DNA of 64,000 nucleotides from Tubiluchus corallicola. Its lineage: Eukaryota; Animalia; Priapulida. How positions within the stretch are numbered: position 1 is the first letter of the stretch; each line of letters starts with the position of its first letter. Below, piece by piece: positions 25,701 to 40,666 of this stretch. Under the pieces are notes generated by a model. It saw only the letters and a list, made by a program, of their open reading frames with translations, was not told the origin of the DNA and did no database searches. The translations under genes were made by a program, and so were the position numbers. The stretch is taken from assembly GCA_030141605.1 (NCBI GenBank), contig JAQGDQ010000334.1, forward strand, positions 186,001-250,000, in the 5' to 3' direction.

Positions 25701-28700
25701 TGTTGATGTTCGTTTTCGTTTTCACCTTGCTTTCATAGATGAGCGCTCCACTGGGCAATAATTCTGCGTCTCATATGACCGCTTGCTCATCTTTGTATCC
25801 CAAGATAATAAAAGTTGAGTGACCAGTGAATTTTATTTTCTTCTTTTCCACATCTACGTCCGGTTGCTTCCTGTTGTTGAGATAAGTTAGTCAGTTTACT
25901 GACTATAATTCTACATAATTGGAGACCAATACTCTATAACAAAGGGGAACCAGAAACATAACTATAACAGTAATGTCTTTACCAAAAGGACATTACTAAA
26001 ATGTCACATTGAGAAAAGACAAAGACAAAATAATTGCAACGTGTTATATAGTTAAAGACACCAAATAAAGCTTTGAGCTCCTCAGTCGCCGTTTCTGGAC
26101 ATAGGGTTGCGTTAAAAGTCCGAGTAGGAAAACGTGATGGACGCACCGCAAGTTTCGCCCAATATTTTCACCACCTAGGCCTCGTATGATCTGACCCGAA
26201 GCCTGTTTTATGTGGATAAGATGCATTTTATTCTCTCCCGTTCCATCTGTTCAAAGGAGAATTGTTTGAATTGACTAGATTTTGTACTGATGAGTATATA
26301 TATAGATATATAGTGTACATAGTGACGATAGTGTGCTAGTGTATTTAAAAGCATAGGGTTTCCACTAGACAAAAACAGCTCTGCTTCGAACAGCCGTTTT
26401 TTGTCGCCTCAGCTTCGTTCAAGGGAGACTTCGACTCTCTTGTGTTCTTTGCTAAAACTCACTTCTTGTAACGATAGTTCTTGCTATATCGTCGATGTGA
26501 TGCTTAAGAATTGACACTTGTTTTATCAAAATCTATCGCACATAATGAAACTGGTGGCACTTTGTGTGCCTGCCTGCATTACAAAACGCGATACATAACG
26601 ATAAATAAATACGATACAGTCTTCACAGAGAATATTAATGACTGGATTGCACCCATCATTAATTTTTAATGATTTTCTAAACTGTAAGCGTAATGAATTA
26701 ATGAGAACATCAAGAAACCAATGACTTGATACTTTCGGCAAAGTTTAGATACAATTGTGCAAAGAGTTAGTATTTTCCTTAATTCGAGCTTTTTGAACCG
26801 ATTCATCGTAGTGTGGCTTTCACTCGTTGTCAAGTTCTTATAAGCTACACGGCAGTAGGACCACAACTATAGCACGAATAAATGCACACTATGAACTATT
26901 TCGTCTGAATTTCTTATAGAAGGAACATTAGTACTGGCCAAAAGGCAAGACAAAATGTAAATTCAGGTTCAGTTGTACCTTGTTACGCAATCGTAGTCGT
27001 CAGCATCGGAAAAGCCGGAATGAAAAACACGGTGGAGATGTAGCAGTCATCCGGGGATACTCCTAACGGGGCAAGCTCGAGAAACACTATTTTATACTGC
27101 CTCAGTAGTTCGCCAGTGTGATGTTTTCAGACCCGATCGTTATCTGATTGCTCATTATGAAGCCTTAGAACTTTCCTTGAAGTGTGTACAAGAACAATAA
27201 CAACAACGTGAGCAAGTTCTTGGCACCGGACGTGGTGCAAAAACTGCATGGATTAGCATAGAATAATTAGGTGAATTGAGACGCTTGATAACAATTCAAT
27301 TAGAGTTATTACTAATCATCTGATGAAGCTTTATGACATTTGTGCATGATGGAGATAACTTGTCTGTGTATATTGCATTACTGTACTAGTTTCCTCCCCA
27401 GAGTAGAAAGAGGAGTCGTCATGGGGAAGCTAAGCAAATACTGAAGAGTTTGTATTTGTATATAATGTCAACAGTAACACGTCCACAGTTTCCTTGAATT
27501 AATCTTTACTCTTCTATTATTTACACTCATCCAATGTGGCTGCTATGCTACACTGAATCAGACAATTCTTAGTCTTGATCATAGTGAGCAGCTGAATAAT
27601 TTTCCACATTTATTTTGACTAATTTTACTGACTTACTCCTCCAGAAAAGCAAAACATGGCGCCGTAGTTTTTTCTAAGTTAGCTTTTTGAAAATACCAAA
27701 TAGAAACAACAAATCACTGTTGTTTGTTGTATTGGTTTGCAGATTTTTCACATTGTTAATGCTTGTAGTGTATTTGGCGTGTACGCTCTTCAAATTAGTA
27801 CTGGTGTTGAACTAGGTCTGCAACAAAAATAAAAGGCTGTTCACTCGTCGCTGCTGCTTGTGTGGTATTTGGTATGCAAGATTTTCACATCATTACTTGT
27901 GATGTATTAATTATAATACTCTTCATATCACTTCTGCTTGTGGTGTGTTAGATGTGAAAACGTGTTATGCCGTTATTGCATGGGCTGTTAGCTTTCTAGT
28001 TGGAACAAGTTACTACCGCAAGCCATTGGGTAGTACAGAGTTTGGTACAGAAAAATTTGGTACTAAATGAAAGAGAGCATTTGTATATCTCGGTGTAAAA
28101 TAATTGTTTCGACTGGAAAATACGTAAGTTTTTCTACAGAAACTATTAGGGAAGTTTATCCAGTGAGGCAGTTTGGTACTAACAAAGTCTGGTTTATTAA
28201 AAATCTCGTAAAGCACCATAATTATTAGTGCGTGACACCTAAAACTTTTATCAGTGACGATCTATGTAGGTAAATTTGAGACTTCTCCCAGCATTGCATT
28301 TCAACAGAAAATTTTGCAAAAAATTACATTTGCGCGATAACTTGCTTTTACAAATAAGACCTTATAATACCGTGACATTTTTAAAATAATTGAAACGAAA
28401 TTAACCTTAGGAAATAAATGCAAGTAGACATAAATGCCGCTATAGGGTTTAAAGCACAAGAAAACCCTCCACATACATGAAGCTCAAAAAATTCGTCTTG
28501 AAATTTTGTATCACTTACATACTGCCTTTTTACACACAGGACTCAATCGGCAGTAAAGCTGTATAAAACATGAAAATTTAAACTTCCGCGATTACCGTTA
28601 AACGCAGCCATTTTGACGATAAGTCATTTGAAACAAGTTTAGATAACATTGTGTAAACTTTATAAAAATAATCAGGGAAGTCGTAGCGCACACGTCACTA

Positions 28701-31700
28701 ACTAAATAAAATTTAAAATTACTGTATCTTGTCAATAAGATTAAAAATGCGTTTTTGGTCAGTGAGTGGTTCGTTTCACCCTGGAGTGTGAGTCAGCGAC
28801 AATCCACCAACTGGTGAAAACATTTTAACTAATTAATAATTTTCTTTTCTAGTTACATAAGTTTTTCCAACAGATAAGCGAAAGCTAAATAACATAGATA
28901 TGCATGGAAAGTTTTTTGGGACATAATTTAACATTTCCTTTTCTTTCCCTGATTTACGTTGTGCATAAGTGACGTCATGTAATGGAGATTTAAAATAAAG
29001 ACAAACAAAAATTCCTTTCAACGCGAATAGGATATATGCATAAAATTGCTATAAAGTAATGTATTTTTAAGGCGATTTTTTGAAACCTACTCAGGTGCCC
29101 CTTTTCTTTTCCTTTAAGTCCTGTCAGACACGACAGAGACAAGACGCGTAGAGAGTATTTGCAGTACTTTTGCAAGCATGCATGCAGCGGCAACGGCATC
29201 CATACATTGCCGTCAATGTTGCATGTAGAATGCTTGCGAATGATGCAGCAGCTTCCTCCACGTTCTCCAAGACAATAAATCCATTAAAATATAAACTTGT
29301 GTTTGCGCATCGATTATATGGTCAAAAGGTCACAGCTAGTAAAACTTGGTAAGGCGATCACGCGCGTAAAGATCAACAGAAAAGCTCTAATGCTTCTTGA
29401 TGTATTATCACTAGCCAATGCATCTTACCAAGCACTTTATTAATGATTTCTATCGAGCATTAACTGCAATGATCTTTATTATAAGCCTCTAGCAAATTAG
29501 CGAAGTTCTCAGCCACTTGAACAGCAGAACATTTTGTAAATATCACGGGTGAAGCTGGGAATTAACTTGTAAGCGATTAAAAAAATTATGGTTAAGCCAG
29601 AGGTAGCGATCCGCCAATCATGTCAATAAACGAGATGATAAATTTCTGTTTATTTTGCTAAGGATAATACAGTTTATAATGCGCAAAAGAAAATTAAACA
29701 TTCATGTTGTTTCAGGTTGAATGATTACATTGTGGTAAGAGATATAACTTTAGAAACGAAACAAAAAGCTGATACGTTAATTGCGACAACAGCTTTACAA
29801 ACCATTAATGAAAACAGCATATAGATAATGTAAAACAGCAATTTTATTCTACAAATATAAGACACTTTATAATGCACAAATCTCAAACATTTTATTTGCG
29901 TTTTGACTCATCGGGTGTCATTTTCGAATTTCTGAAAGTGCTAGAAAGAATTTTATTATAAATATCCATTATAAGAGCAACGTCTTCAGGTTACATCATG
30001 AGATGGTAAATTCTTGTAATTTTACATTCGCTGTAGGTTTGAATAAATTTACGCAGTAAGCTTCTTTTATACATAGACTAAATTCACCGTTTGTTTAACC
30101 AAAATGAAAAATGTTATGTCAAAACACAGATATCGTAACAAATAACCTTGCTCAATGGACAGTTAACGGTTTAAAGAATTTAGATGGAACGTTATTCATA
30201 AATGATGACAATCTTTTTGGAATTGCTATTATACTGATTGGTAGTGGTACTTTATAGAACTTTTAGAGCTTTAAAAATGATATTTGACCTGTTGAAACGT
30301 AAATAAAAGTGTCTTAAACATTTCGCGAGAAAGCTTTCTTACACAAAGTTTTAAGTCTAGAGTTGCAGTTGCACCTGAAATGGGGAAGGCGCATTTTTAA
30401 AACGTTCGATCGAAAATGAATAGATCTGCTCATCTCTATCTTCAGTTTGTTTTGAATTTGATCATAATAGCGTAAAGATGCGACGCATTAGTAAGCTCAC
30501 ATTGATCATAAGGAACATCGCAACACTGTGCGGTATTAATAATTTCAAATTTCTCGTTTGCTTCACGAATAACGAAACTTAAGCAAGTCTGACAAGACGA
30601 GTGTGAAACTATTTCTCAAGAGTACGCCAAAAGCTAAGCAATAAACGGATAATTTGCGGCAAAGTTCCTCAGTTCAGAAAGAATTAAGTTGCCGGTCGGC
30701 AGATAATATACTAGAGCATGTAGCACTTTGCAATAACGTTGAAAGCACACTGCCGTTTAAATGCACTATAGATGAACAGAGACGGGGGATGCAAGCTTGA
30801 GACTTAACAACGAAGCAACAAATAGTAACTCGCAAAATATAATGAAAAATCGAATAGGAAAATAACATCTATGCATAAACGCTATTAAACACATTTACAA
30901 GATGCTACTTCAAAAACTTAACAGCAAGTGCGCCATATTTTTTATACACAACGTCCATTACACAGATGCGGACTGCTTTGTGAATTTACAGAGTAAGTAT
31001 CCTTTTTTCAGAATGATTCGCTTAACCCATTAATTGAATTCGAACTTGAGAATATACGATAATTAATTCATACGCGTCGTCTAGTTGTCTAGCTATACCT
31101 GCGTCCCAGAGGGTAGGAGTTTAATGCGCATTACTAAGTAACTAATTTACGGCATAATCCCACACAAAGTACATAAGCTGTTATGTTTGGATACCTATTA
31201 AATTCACGGCCAACGCCGCATGTGATTTATAATTAATAATATATGAAGAAAAGAGAGAAGAAATACATTAAATGCTTTTATGAGAACTGCGTGAAATAAA
31301 ATGAGCATGAAATTACGAAATTGCTAAACGTTATTGGGTGGTAATGCTAAATTTTAAACAAAATATAATCTTGCGATAGTTAAATAAAATATTTTTATGT
31401 TACAGCATTTTCGTCGCTTATTAATTTCAAAAAACAAGTAAAGCAGTAAATTTGCTGTTCCAATCTAAAGCTTTGTATTGATGCATCAGAAAATTAATTT
31501 TACTTTGTTAACAAAAAATAAGACTATTTCTAATCAAAATCGTTCATGCCTCTATAACAAAACTGATCATAATTAAGACTGGATCTCACTAAGACTAGAT
31601 TTATTAACTCTATAATCTATAATTAGAACGGCCAATTAATCGACCTGTCAATAACTACGATCTACAGAAGCTATTGTTGAGTTTTAGTTTTATTTCGGAA

Positions 31701-34457
31701 GCCACCAAGCTGATGGCTGTTTCCACATAATCATGGCTCTACTCTGTATTGCATTAATTAACCTTATTTAGGACAACAGAAGAGTTTATATAGTCATGAT
31801 TTTTTCAAAATCAAAAACAAGATTGTTTCTTGGCGTTTACATGGAGTAAATGCGACAGATTTTTCAAATTACCAATCCAAAGCTGTTTTTTTTACCTAAT
31901 GGTCGTAGGCTTTTTCAAGATATTGTAAGTGTTGGCAGTATTGACGCCCAATCGTAGAAATTGGTTACCTCACAGCAAAACGACAGGAGAGAGATTTAAG
32001 TAGAAAAACTTGCCCGACGACCGTGTGTGCTAGTCCATGTTAGTTGCGTGTACGGAACAAATGTTGAGATGTTGTTCACACCAATTCGTCTACTACCGAA
32101 CCAAGAAATCATTGCATCTCAGCCTATTTATAAGTGCCAGTATGAAATAGGTTCGGACCATACAATCGGCAGGACCATACAATGCCATTCGCCGTCGTTA
32201 CACTATTTTTCGGTTCAATTACTCAACTTCGTCCACCCTTATTCTCAATCGCATCTGGCTGTTAGTCTGTCTCTGTCTGTTTGTCTGTCCGTCTGTCTGG
32301 TTTTGCGAGTTGTCGAATTTCTATCAGCTAGCTTGTTTTTTATAAGTTGTTGAGGAAAAACAAATGCATTCTGCTTTATTCAGAATTACTTTTTTTTGTT
32401 TGTTCATCACATCTCATTTTATTTAATCATAATTAATGAGAACATTAACAATACGTGCCACGATTATTTGCTCTTTATTGTTAAATAAAACGTTTATTAT
32501 TATTGTTTGTAGGCTATATGCTTAACACATCCAAATATTTATACATTTAGTTATAGCTAATATTATCAGACCATTGTAAGGACATTTTTAAACCATTTCG
32601 TGTTTTGCAATGCTGTTCGCTTTTAATTATTGGCCAGGCAAGCGTCATGATGCTTTTTAATGCTCTAATAAATCTACAGTTTTCAAAATTGTAGTAACGT
32701 TTAAGCCAGTTGATTTATTTCATTAAATAATAAGTTGTGACGCAGGTGCAAATTGTGCTTACTGTATCCACTTCCCCTAAGTTGCTCTCTAGTAGTTAAT
32801 TTGTCTATGTTAGATTGAAATGCACGACAAATATGGAAAAATGATGCCTTTTCCTGTTTCCCTGAATTCGTTTCCACCATTAATCACAACGTACATTCCT
32901 CTTAGGAAAATCAATATTCGTTCTTCCTAAGAAAAATGATTGTGTAGCTCTTCTGCCAGTACTTCACACTTTCAAGATTAGGATAAATTGTTAAATCAAA
33001 TCCCTTCAATGGTTTATCGAGTTCCCCATGGAAATATAATGGCAGATTTCAATAACAAATCTGTTTCATCTTCGCAACGTCATTTTTCGTTACTAAAACT
33101 GCTTATTGCCTACAGGAGGTCTCACTTCAAGGACGTTTTACCAGAAACAAGAATTAGAAGCTGCGCATAATGCAGGTAGGCAGCTGATTAAATGCATGGC
33201 TTCAATAATAGATAAATCACGTAGGATCCATGACATTCACATTTAGTAAAAACATAAGTACGAAAAACGTTTTATTATTTCTGTGAATATTCGAAAATAT
33301 CACCGCTAAAATGTTTTTCTTAAACTCTGAAACTATCTCCCCTTTTTTGTTTAGTCACTCATTCAATCTAAGCATTCTTGCCTTCTTTCCTTTATTGTTG
33401 GCTCTTTTTCTCTCTTTCTTTCACACTCGCATGTACACACGCGTACACATATATTTTTTCATATATCGTAGCGTACTAGCCATTTAGTGAGTCACATAGA
33501 GTCACAAATTGTCAATTTCTTATTGTGGTTGTTTTGTTCTATCTTAATACGATTCACAGAATATCATAAACACCGCTGAAAATGTGTGGGAAAAACTAAT
33601 TAGCATCAGATTCGGTCAGTCGATGTTCATTAATCACGTTATGACCGCAGACAGTCAGACTTGTAATATGAATGTTTTTAGGCTAAAATAAAATGTTCCA
33701 TGAAGTATCACGAAATGTTATATATATTTTTCTAATATGTTATACTATATATATATATATATGAAGTATCACGAAATAGTATATATATTATATAACGCCG
33801 ATGTATATATAGTATTCAGGAATCTATCATATTTGCAATGTTCCAAAGCGAAGACAATAGGTATACGCAATTTTAATAGAAATCAAGCCTCCATTTATTA
33901 AATTACGACATTAAAAGACATGTGCCAAACTCGAAGAGACTTTAGACTGTAAGTGTTTGAACTAAAGAATGGTATTTACGATTTTACTGTACGTTTGCTA
34001 AGCTTACCACATTTCGAAAGCTACGTGCCCTCCAACTCAATTTCAAAACTGATATGCTAAACGTTGAACGTTACCTGTTTATTATGGGACTTTTCTGATC
34101 TCAACAACTCAAAAAATATCAATTGTTCAGTCTCAAGCATGTATGTTGAAGGAATGTTTACATGAGGTCCAATCACACTTTCACCCCATTCTCGAAAAAG
34201 TACTTATTAGCCACTCGGGTTGTCCAGTTGCAGTTCCTATTACCTGGCTAAAACTTTCACAACGTTGCTTTCGAAAAATCTCTCTAATCCCAGCCTCGGT
34301 GTTTCATCATTAAAAATCCAAATCCAAGAATGATAATTGTCTAGTTCTCTTTGAATGTCATGCGGCTAGATGAGTTTCAAGATTCTGTGCTGTTCTGCTT
34401 ATTTATCACTTCTACGAAGAGTTTCGAAAGACGTGGGCTCAACTTTCGAAAGATTTT

Positions 34458-34530
34458 AGTCAACCAGGATTCGAACCGAGAACATTGTGGTTACAGGTCG
34501 CATGCTCTAATCATTTGACAGTCACAGCAG
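34458..34530 (-). mobile_element. tRNA-derived SINE head
   Basis: tRNA-length segment with GGTTCGAATCC B-box but no paired cloverleaf. Related heads at 13441, ~35495 and ~62510. Confidence 0.55.
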
Positions 34531-35539
34531 ATATAAATGCGCTCAAAGTTTATGCCATCATCTCTCCGAAGGATAGAACGCGCTGAAGGTCGAAATTTGT
34601 CTAAGTAAATGTTCCCTTAATATGGCTGCAGAGCAGACTGCAGTGCATTTGGTATGCATACCTCTCTTAGACTGCCGCAATTTATACATGTACAAAGAAC
34701 GACAGCATGTACTATCCGGCATCAATTATTGTCTGACATTCAAAATGAATTGTTTCTAACAATAAAATTATAAAATAAGTGAAAGATTTTGCAAATCTCA
34801 TTTTTTTAAAAGTGACATATTTTACTGAGTCATTGTAATGAGTTTCTATTGTAGTAAACAGTCATTATTTTAGTGAATTGATTTCGTGTCTTTGTCTTTT
34901 ATAATTACGTAAATAGCGTTTACTCTTTTATGTGTTTTTAGCCTTACGTTTTAATGTGTAGTCTTAATGTCTTATAATATACATTTTAGTTAGGCTATAT
35001 GTGCGTCTGAAATAAACATGTGAATTGAACTGAATAACAATTCTTCAACTGAAATCTCAACGAGTCTACGCCATTTTGAAACGTTAATAAAAGTTGCCAT
35101 CGATGTTAACACAAAAATCGGCCCGGCGTGATTGCATGGCTATATGTGCACTTTGTGAAAATGTACATAAAAATTTGCTCAAAATACATCGAACAAACAG
35201 CCATACCGTTATATGATCTGTCTACACCAGAGAATAAGAGTAATAAAACTCGTGCCTTACATCAACAGATTACTGTCTCGTATGATGATACTGAACATAT
35301 CCACGAGGGTGTGCTCCCTGCGCGTTATATTACTACAATGTGACTATCGCAGCTTAGTTATTTGATATGAAGTGCAGTTACGATCTTCTTAAGCACATTG
35401 TTACACGATTATATAGTATGGTGATACAAATCCATAATTAATTAAATTTTGATGGCAAAAACTTGAAAAACAGAAAATGCGAAAACGTTGGCATGCGGCC
35501 GGGATTTGAACCAGGGAACTTGCTGTTAAAGATCCATTA

Positions 35540-36240
35540 TAGATAGATAGATCAAATCTTTATTTGCCAATTAGAAACGTACGTATACAAAGAATAAATA
35601 CATTGGACGTAAGAAATGTATACTGCGTACCGGAGGCAAGCATACAAAGTCAATCACATACAACGTATGCAACTGACTGAATATTGGCAATAGCGTCATC
35701 TACAACTAACATTACGAAAAAAACTACAATATTATAAAATCACTGGAAATTAATAAAACTATGAAACACGGGTTATTTGCAAAATTTGTACATTTACAGA
35801 AGTTAAGTGCATACTAAGATGATAAGTAGACAAAACTAGTTACATATGTATAATAATCAGTAATATGCTACATCATACGATGTCATGTTCCGTAACAAGA
35901 TGATGCGTATTATGGGGTATTACGTGGGCTATTACAAAATGACGACATTTTTATACTGACGAAATTATAGCAGTAATAAAGTAATCCCTCTGTATAACAT
36001 TCAATAATAGTCTACATGATAATGAATACCTATTAAATTCAGGGTCGTGGAGAATATAAGAATTGTCAGCAGGCCTATCAAAATCACGTCTATTTTGGGG
36101 TATTACGTAGGTTGGTTATAGCTTGGTTTCGTCGAGTGGCTCACCTGTTTACTTTATATTCACTATTGAAACATTATTTTATCCACAATAATAATATTAT
36201 GATTAAAAGGACAAGAAAATAGAACTCATTCATACATGTT
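35540..36240 (-). mobile_element. Possible LINE 3' end with (ATCT)n tail, next to a truncated SINE head
   Basis: Minus strand reads AATAAA then atctatctatct, directly abutting a B-box-like gggatttgaacc segment. Confidence 0.35.
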
Positions 36241-36749
36241 CATTCTTTAATCTTGTCAATAGGATTAACAGTATGTTTTCTAAACGTTTTTTGATGCACA
36301 CTGGGATAGTGAAACAGTGACGTTTATCACTTTGCGCGAACTTTTTAAATTATTAAAAGTTTTCTTTTTCAGTTACATAAGTAAATCTTTCTAATATGCA
36401 GATAAACGTAATGCTAGATAATTTAACTTTCTGTGGAGAGTATTTTGAGACAGTATTTAACATTCTCTTATCTTCTCGTTTAATAAGAATCATTTCGAGA
36501 GCAAAAGTTATTGCATTTTAATTTGCAGAGCAACAGGAAAGTCTAGATATTTGCAAGATTCTTGCCAATATTTCTTGCAATATGGCCCTATCAAATAAGG
36601 TCAAACCATATAATAACATATTATAGTATTTTATGTTTACTGCTTTATATAAAACTTAATTTGGCAATCAGCTCAACGGTTTGTTGTTTATTGTTGCTTA
36701 TTTTGAGATTTAACTTTCCAAACAGCTGACAGTGTCAGATTAACCATAC

Positions 36750-36927
36750 CTGGCTTTGCTCTCTTGGCGTCCGTACTGTGCTGCCCGTAAACATGAATAA
36801 TGTCTTTCAGATTTGGACGAAAAGCATCATTTCTCTTCCGCAAGCCGTGTCCGTATAACTTGTAAATGTCTACTGCCTGTGCGGTTGTGCAGAGCAAGAC
36901 GAGTCCTAATAGTACAACACTATTCAT
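36750..36927 (-). CDS. Prohormone-4 precursor, signal peptide + peptide exon: MNSVVLLGLVLLCTTAQA-VDIYKLYGHGL-RKR-NDAFRPNLKDIIHVYGQHSTDA-KR-AKP (exon begins 36946)
   Basis: Hydrophobic signal ending AQA, dibasic cleavage sites, and xDxxxxYGH like IDLSRFYGH. The CAG|gtatgg donor is phase 1 and joins the LDLa exon in frame. Acceptor tttcag| at 36947. Confidence 0.9.
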
Positions 36928-37349
36928 CTGAGTCTTGCTGACAAACCTGAAATAATCAAAATATTGAAAGCGCTAAATCTATAAAATAATAATAATAGCT
37001 ACGTAATGATGACTCTTGTCATAGTTTTTCGCTTTAATCGGAATTAAAGAACAACAGCTGTAACGGCAATATCAGCAACATCAGTGACGTGACAAAAACA
37101 ACGACAATAACAAAAGAAAATAAATTAGGAGTAAATCAAAAGAGGTGCTTACTCACGCGCTCATGTGAAGTCAAAATGAACAAAAACTCTTCTGACTTTT
37201 CTGATTTTATCTTTGACCCAAAAAATAATGAGTCTAAGTACGGTGCTTGTAGCTTCACGCATTTTGACGTTATTACGCAGACAAGCACAGCCGACGGAAA
37301 TAAAACGAAATGTTTGATAATATTATTTTGTAGACACCAAACTAACTTT

Positions 37350-37560
37350 AATTTAATTTAATTTGAACTGAATTGACTGCATTAGGTTTGATTGATTTAA
37401 TTGGTTTAGAGTTTGCGTTTGGTTAGTTGAGTTGAGTTATGTTGGTTTGGATTTGATAGTTCTAGTTGGGTTAGGTTGGATTGTGCTGGCTAGGTTGGAC
37501 TGAATGAAGTTAGAATGAATTGGCTAAGCTGGTTGAGCTGGAAGTAGCTAGATTATATTC
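37350..37560. repeat. Degenerate pentamer low-complexity tract (gttgg/gttag/ttgaa); similar tract at ~38640-38715
   Basis: Visible 5-nt periodicity. Confidence 0.6.
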
Positions 37561-40424
37561 AGGTAAGTTTTCTACAAATTTGTCATTTCAGCAAATGTGC
37601 AAATTCAATTCCACAACCCAAGACTTCTCTGTGAGACGTGTGACTTCAACTAACATGAGCATGTGCAAACTGAGTTTTACTTTGTACTACCATTATTCAT
37701 ATCATACCACGCGCATTCTGCAAAACTGTCGTTCTAGAGGATTGTGTGCACGTAGATTTTGCACTCAAGGCTCTCCGTCATAGAGAAAATGTTAAGTTAG
37801 CTTTTCTTTGTTTGGTTATCATTCTTTGTTGATATTATGTAGATGCTGCTAGTTTTATCCGTAGAAAATGTTTATTGGTCATGGAGATGTGTGAATTCAG
37901 CTTTACTTAGCTTTGTGTGTAGATTTTTTTATATAGGACTGCCAGTCATGGAGACGTGTGAACTCGCCTTTATTTTACGAGATTCTCGCTCCCGAAGATT
38001 TGTAATTCAACTTGATACTACAGGACTCTCTTTCATGGAAACAGATGAATTTAGCTTCTCCTACAAGACCTCACTCACGTGTCACAGAAGTTACTCAAAT
38101 TTACATATTTCATTTATTGTTTTTTTGCAATACAGTGTATTAATTTTTAACTTTTAGTTATCTTTATTTCGTGTCAAACGTACAGCACCTAATAAAATAC
38201 AATAGCAGAAAATACACTAAAATTACAATACAATCAAATTCACACTACATACCTAAACATTACAATATTATACAACTTTGATATTTCTTGGTAAGTTTTT
38301 GATATTTAAACCTTTATAAAATTAATTTTCTACTAGTCGTTTACAATAATAGGCCTACTACATAAATTCAGCGATGTCCTTGCGAATAAAGTGACCTGGC
38401 TTATGGATTTAATGCAAGGCTCTAACAATATCTATCTGGGTGAGACATAAGACGTTTATAAAAGGTAAGTTCTCTTAAGTCCATTAAATAGTTCAGTGGC
38501 GCTGTGTTACAAAAGTGCTGAAGTAATCTAACGCTTTCTTATTCTCGTGTAAGCAGTGTTCCATGTAACCTTGACGGTTTTTGTTTTACTATAAAGACCG
38601 ATAACAAGTTTTGACATGGTCCATAACTGGATTGGAGTTATGTTAGTACTTAGTAGTGGTGTTAGGTTAGGTTAGAACAGGACAGGCCAAGGTAGGTTAG
38701 GTATGGTTAAGTTATACTTTCGCGTATAGTTATAAACTGTCAAGTTAATCTACTGATTGGCTTTCGTTAGAAAATTGTTTGTGCGTCCTATACCCAGCAC
38801 TTTCGTCAATTAGCTGCAGCGCTGATTAGCAGCGAATCTACTTCGCCGGAAACTATTCTGTAAATTTGACAATCATATATTCGGTAATAGAGATGGTATT
38901 ACATAAAGTAATATAATGACTAGAAAATAATTTAATGAATCTCGGAATATGACACTGTCCAAATAGTTAGAAAAGACGATTAAAGTTTTTTTTAAATAAG
39001 ACTTCCTGTGTCTGATTTCGTCCTTCACGCAGCGAATAAAGACGTTTAATAAATATAATTTACTTGAAATCATTAAAAATGGCTTCTTTTCCTGCGTAAA
39101 TGTATTCTATTATATTAGTCACAGTTCGAGTTGCAGAAAAATATCTACTAAACAAAACTTAATGGGAGATAAATGAATATACAAAGTGACAAGTAAATAA
39201 CATGACATCACATAAACAAAGAAAAACAAAGGGAAAGAAATGAGATACAAATCTTGTTTTTGCTGTTTTTCATTTTCCCCCAAAAGCAGCAATATCAAAA
39301 TTATTTCAAATGTCTTCATCAATAACTTGCTCATACTGTGAAACAAAAATCCACTCGCACTTTCCATTTTACTCGCAGGTTAATGAGGAAAGTCAAGACT
39401 GGTATCAGTTAGAGTATTCTGTGATTGCCTTTCATTATTTTGCTTTGAGTAGCAAAAGATTGACCAATTTAAAGCTCCTTTGATATTCATGTAAATACAA
39501 ATGGCTGGCTAACCCTTCCACTAAACATCTTTTAGTTCTTTACAAATCGGATTGCATCTCCTTGAAATCTAACCCTAGTCAAGGTCTAGTAGATGAAATG
39601 CATAGTCCTTTATCACCACTTCTACGTAAGACGCTCTCATGATCTCTTTTTAATAGTTTGCCGATTTCTGATCAGTTTATTCTGGACATTCTTAGATGTA
39701 GATTCCTAAATGTGTTTTCCCAGAAAACTGCAAGTCTACAATCTAGAATGAAAGAGGTGCTGACAAGCGACTGGCATAACATTGTCTTTTGCTGGATTAT
39801 TGCTGCGTTTACCTGTCTTGAGGGCATAGTACTTTTATTTTAGAATTCTACTTGCCTAATGTCTACAATAGACGCACTACGATGACGAACCTGACACTAA
39901 TCAAGAAGAATATCCAGAAATACTTTCTATCGCCAAAAAATTATTTATTTAAACTGTATTTCCTTGAACATTGTATTCATATTTTTATATTCTTATTGTG
40001 TTACAGTAACTTCTTACTTTGAGTGATCATTGGGCTTTGTTTAGGACGGTTTGTACGAAAAGTCGAAACCCTCATTTAGTTTCGACCCACTCTTTTCTCG
40101 CTGGAAATTAACATTGTTGACAAATTTTGTATTAAGGCGTCAAAGTGAAACAGGTTTAAAATTTGTATTTAACAGTAATATTTACAACATTTGATATTCA
40201 TTCACAAGCCATGCGCTTACATTGTACAAATGGCATTCAGCTGAGACCACACTGCATATATATGTAGAAAGTTACGTATGCATGTGCTGTGGTCTGTCAC
40301 ATGCATCATTTGATCACAAAGAAACATGCACTCATGATGCGCTTTGCATACACATATAGGAGTACTACCGTAAGTGTATTACTCATTTTGTGAGCTTATC
40401 TTTTAAATATAAATTCGCCGTATA

Positions 40425-40630
40425 CGTGTGTTTGTTTATTGAACCATCATTATATACATCACATTACAAACAAATAAACAAGACAGGTTTAATCAACGGT
40501 GAAAGAAACATTTTAGAGACAAAATCCCCTTACAAAAATATATGTATACATGAATATATATATTACTGTGCCCAAAATCACGTAATTTTATTATCATTAT
40601 AGTGTTATGTTGTACATAAATAATAAGTAC

Positions 40631-40666
<36 letters not shown>

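Noticed and set aside
26314-27086. Solo LTR (TGT...ACA with internal AATAAA)
   Set aside because: Flanks (atag/ctat) are inverted rather than a direct TSD; probably a repeat, but its class cannot be supported
30674-30868. Alternative signal-peptide exon MLFSYSIFHYILRVTICCFVVKSQA
   Set aside because: Weak hydrophobic core and no convincing phase-1 donor
34458-34530. Functional tRNA gene (also 13441, ~35495, ~62510)
   Set aside because: B-box present but acceptor and anticodon stems do not pair; treated as SINE heads
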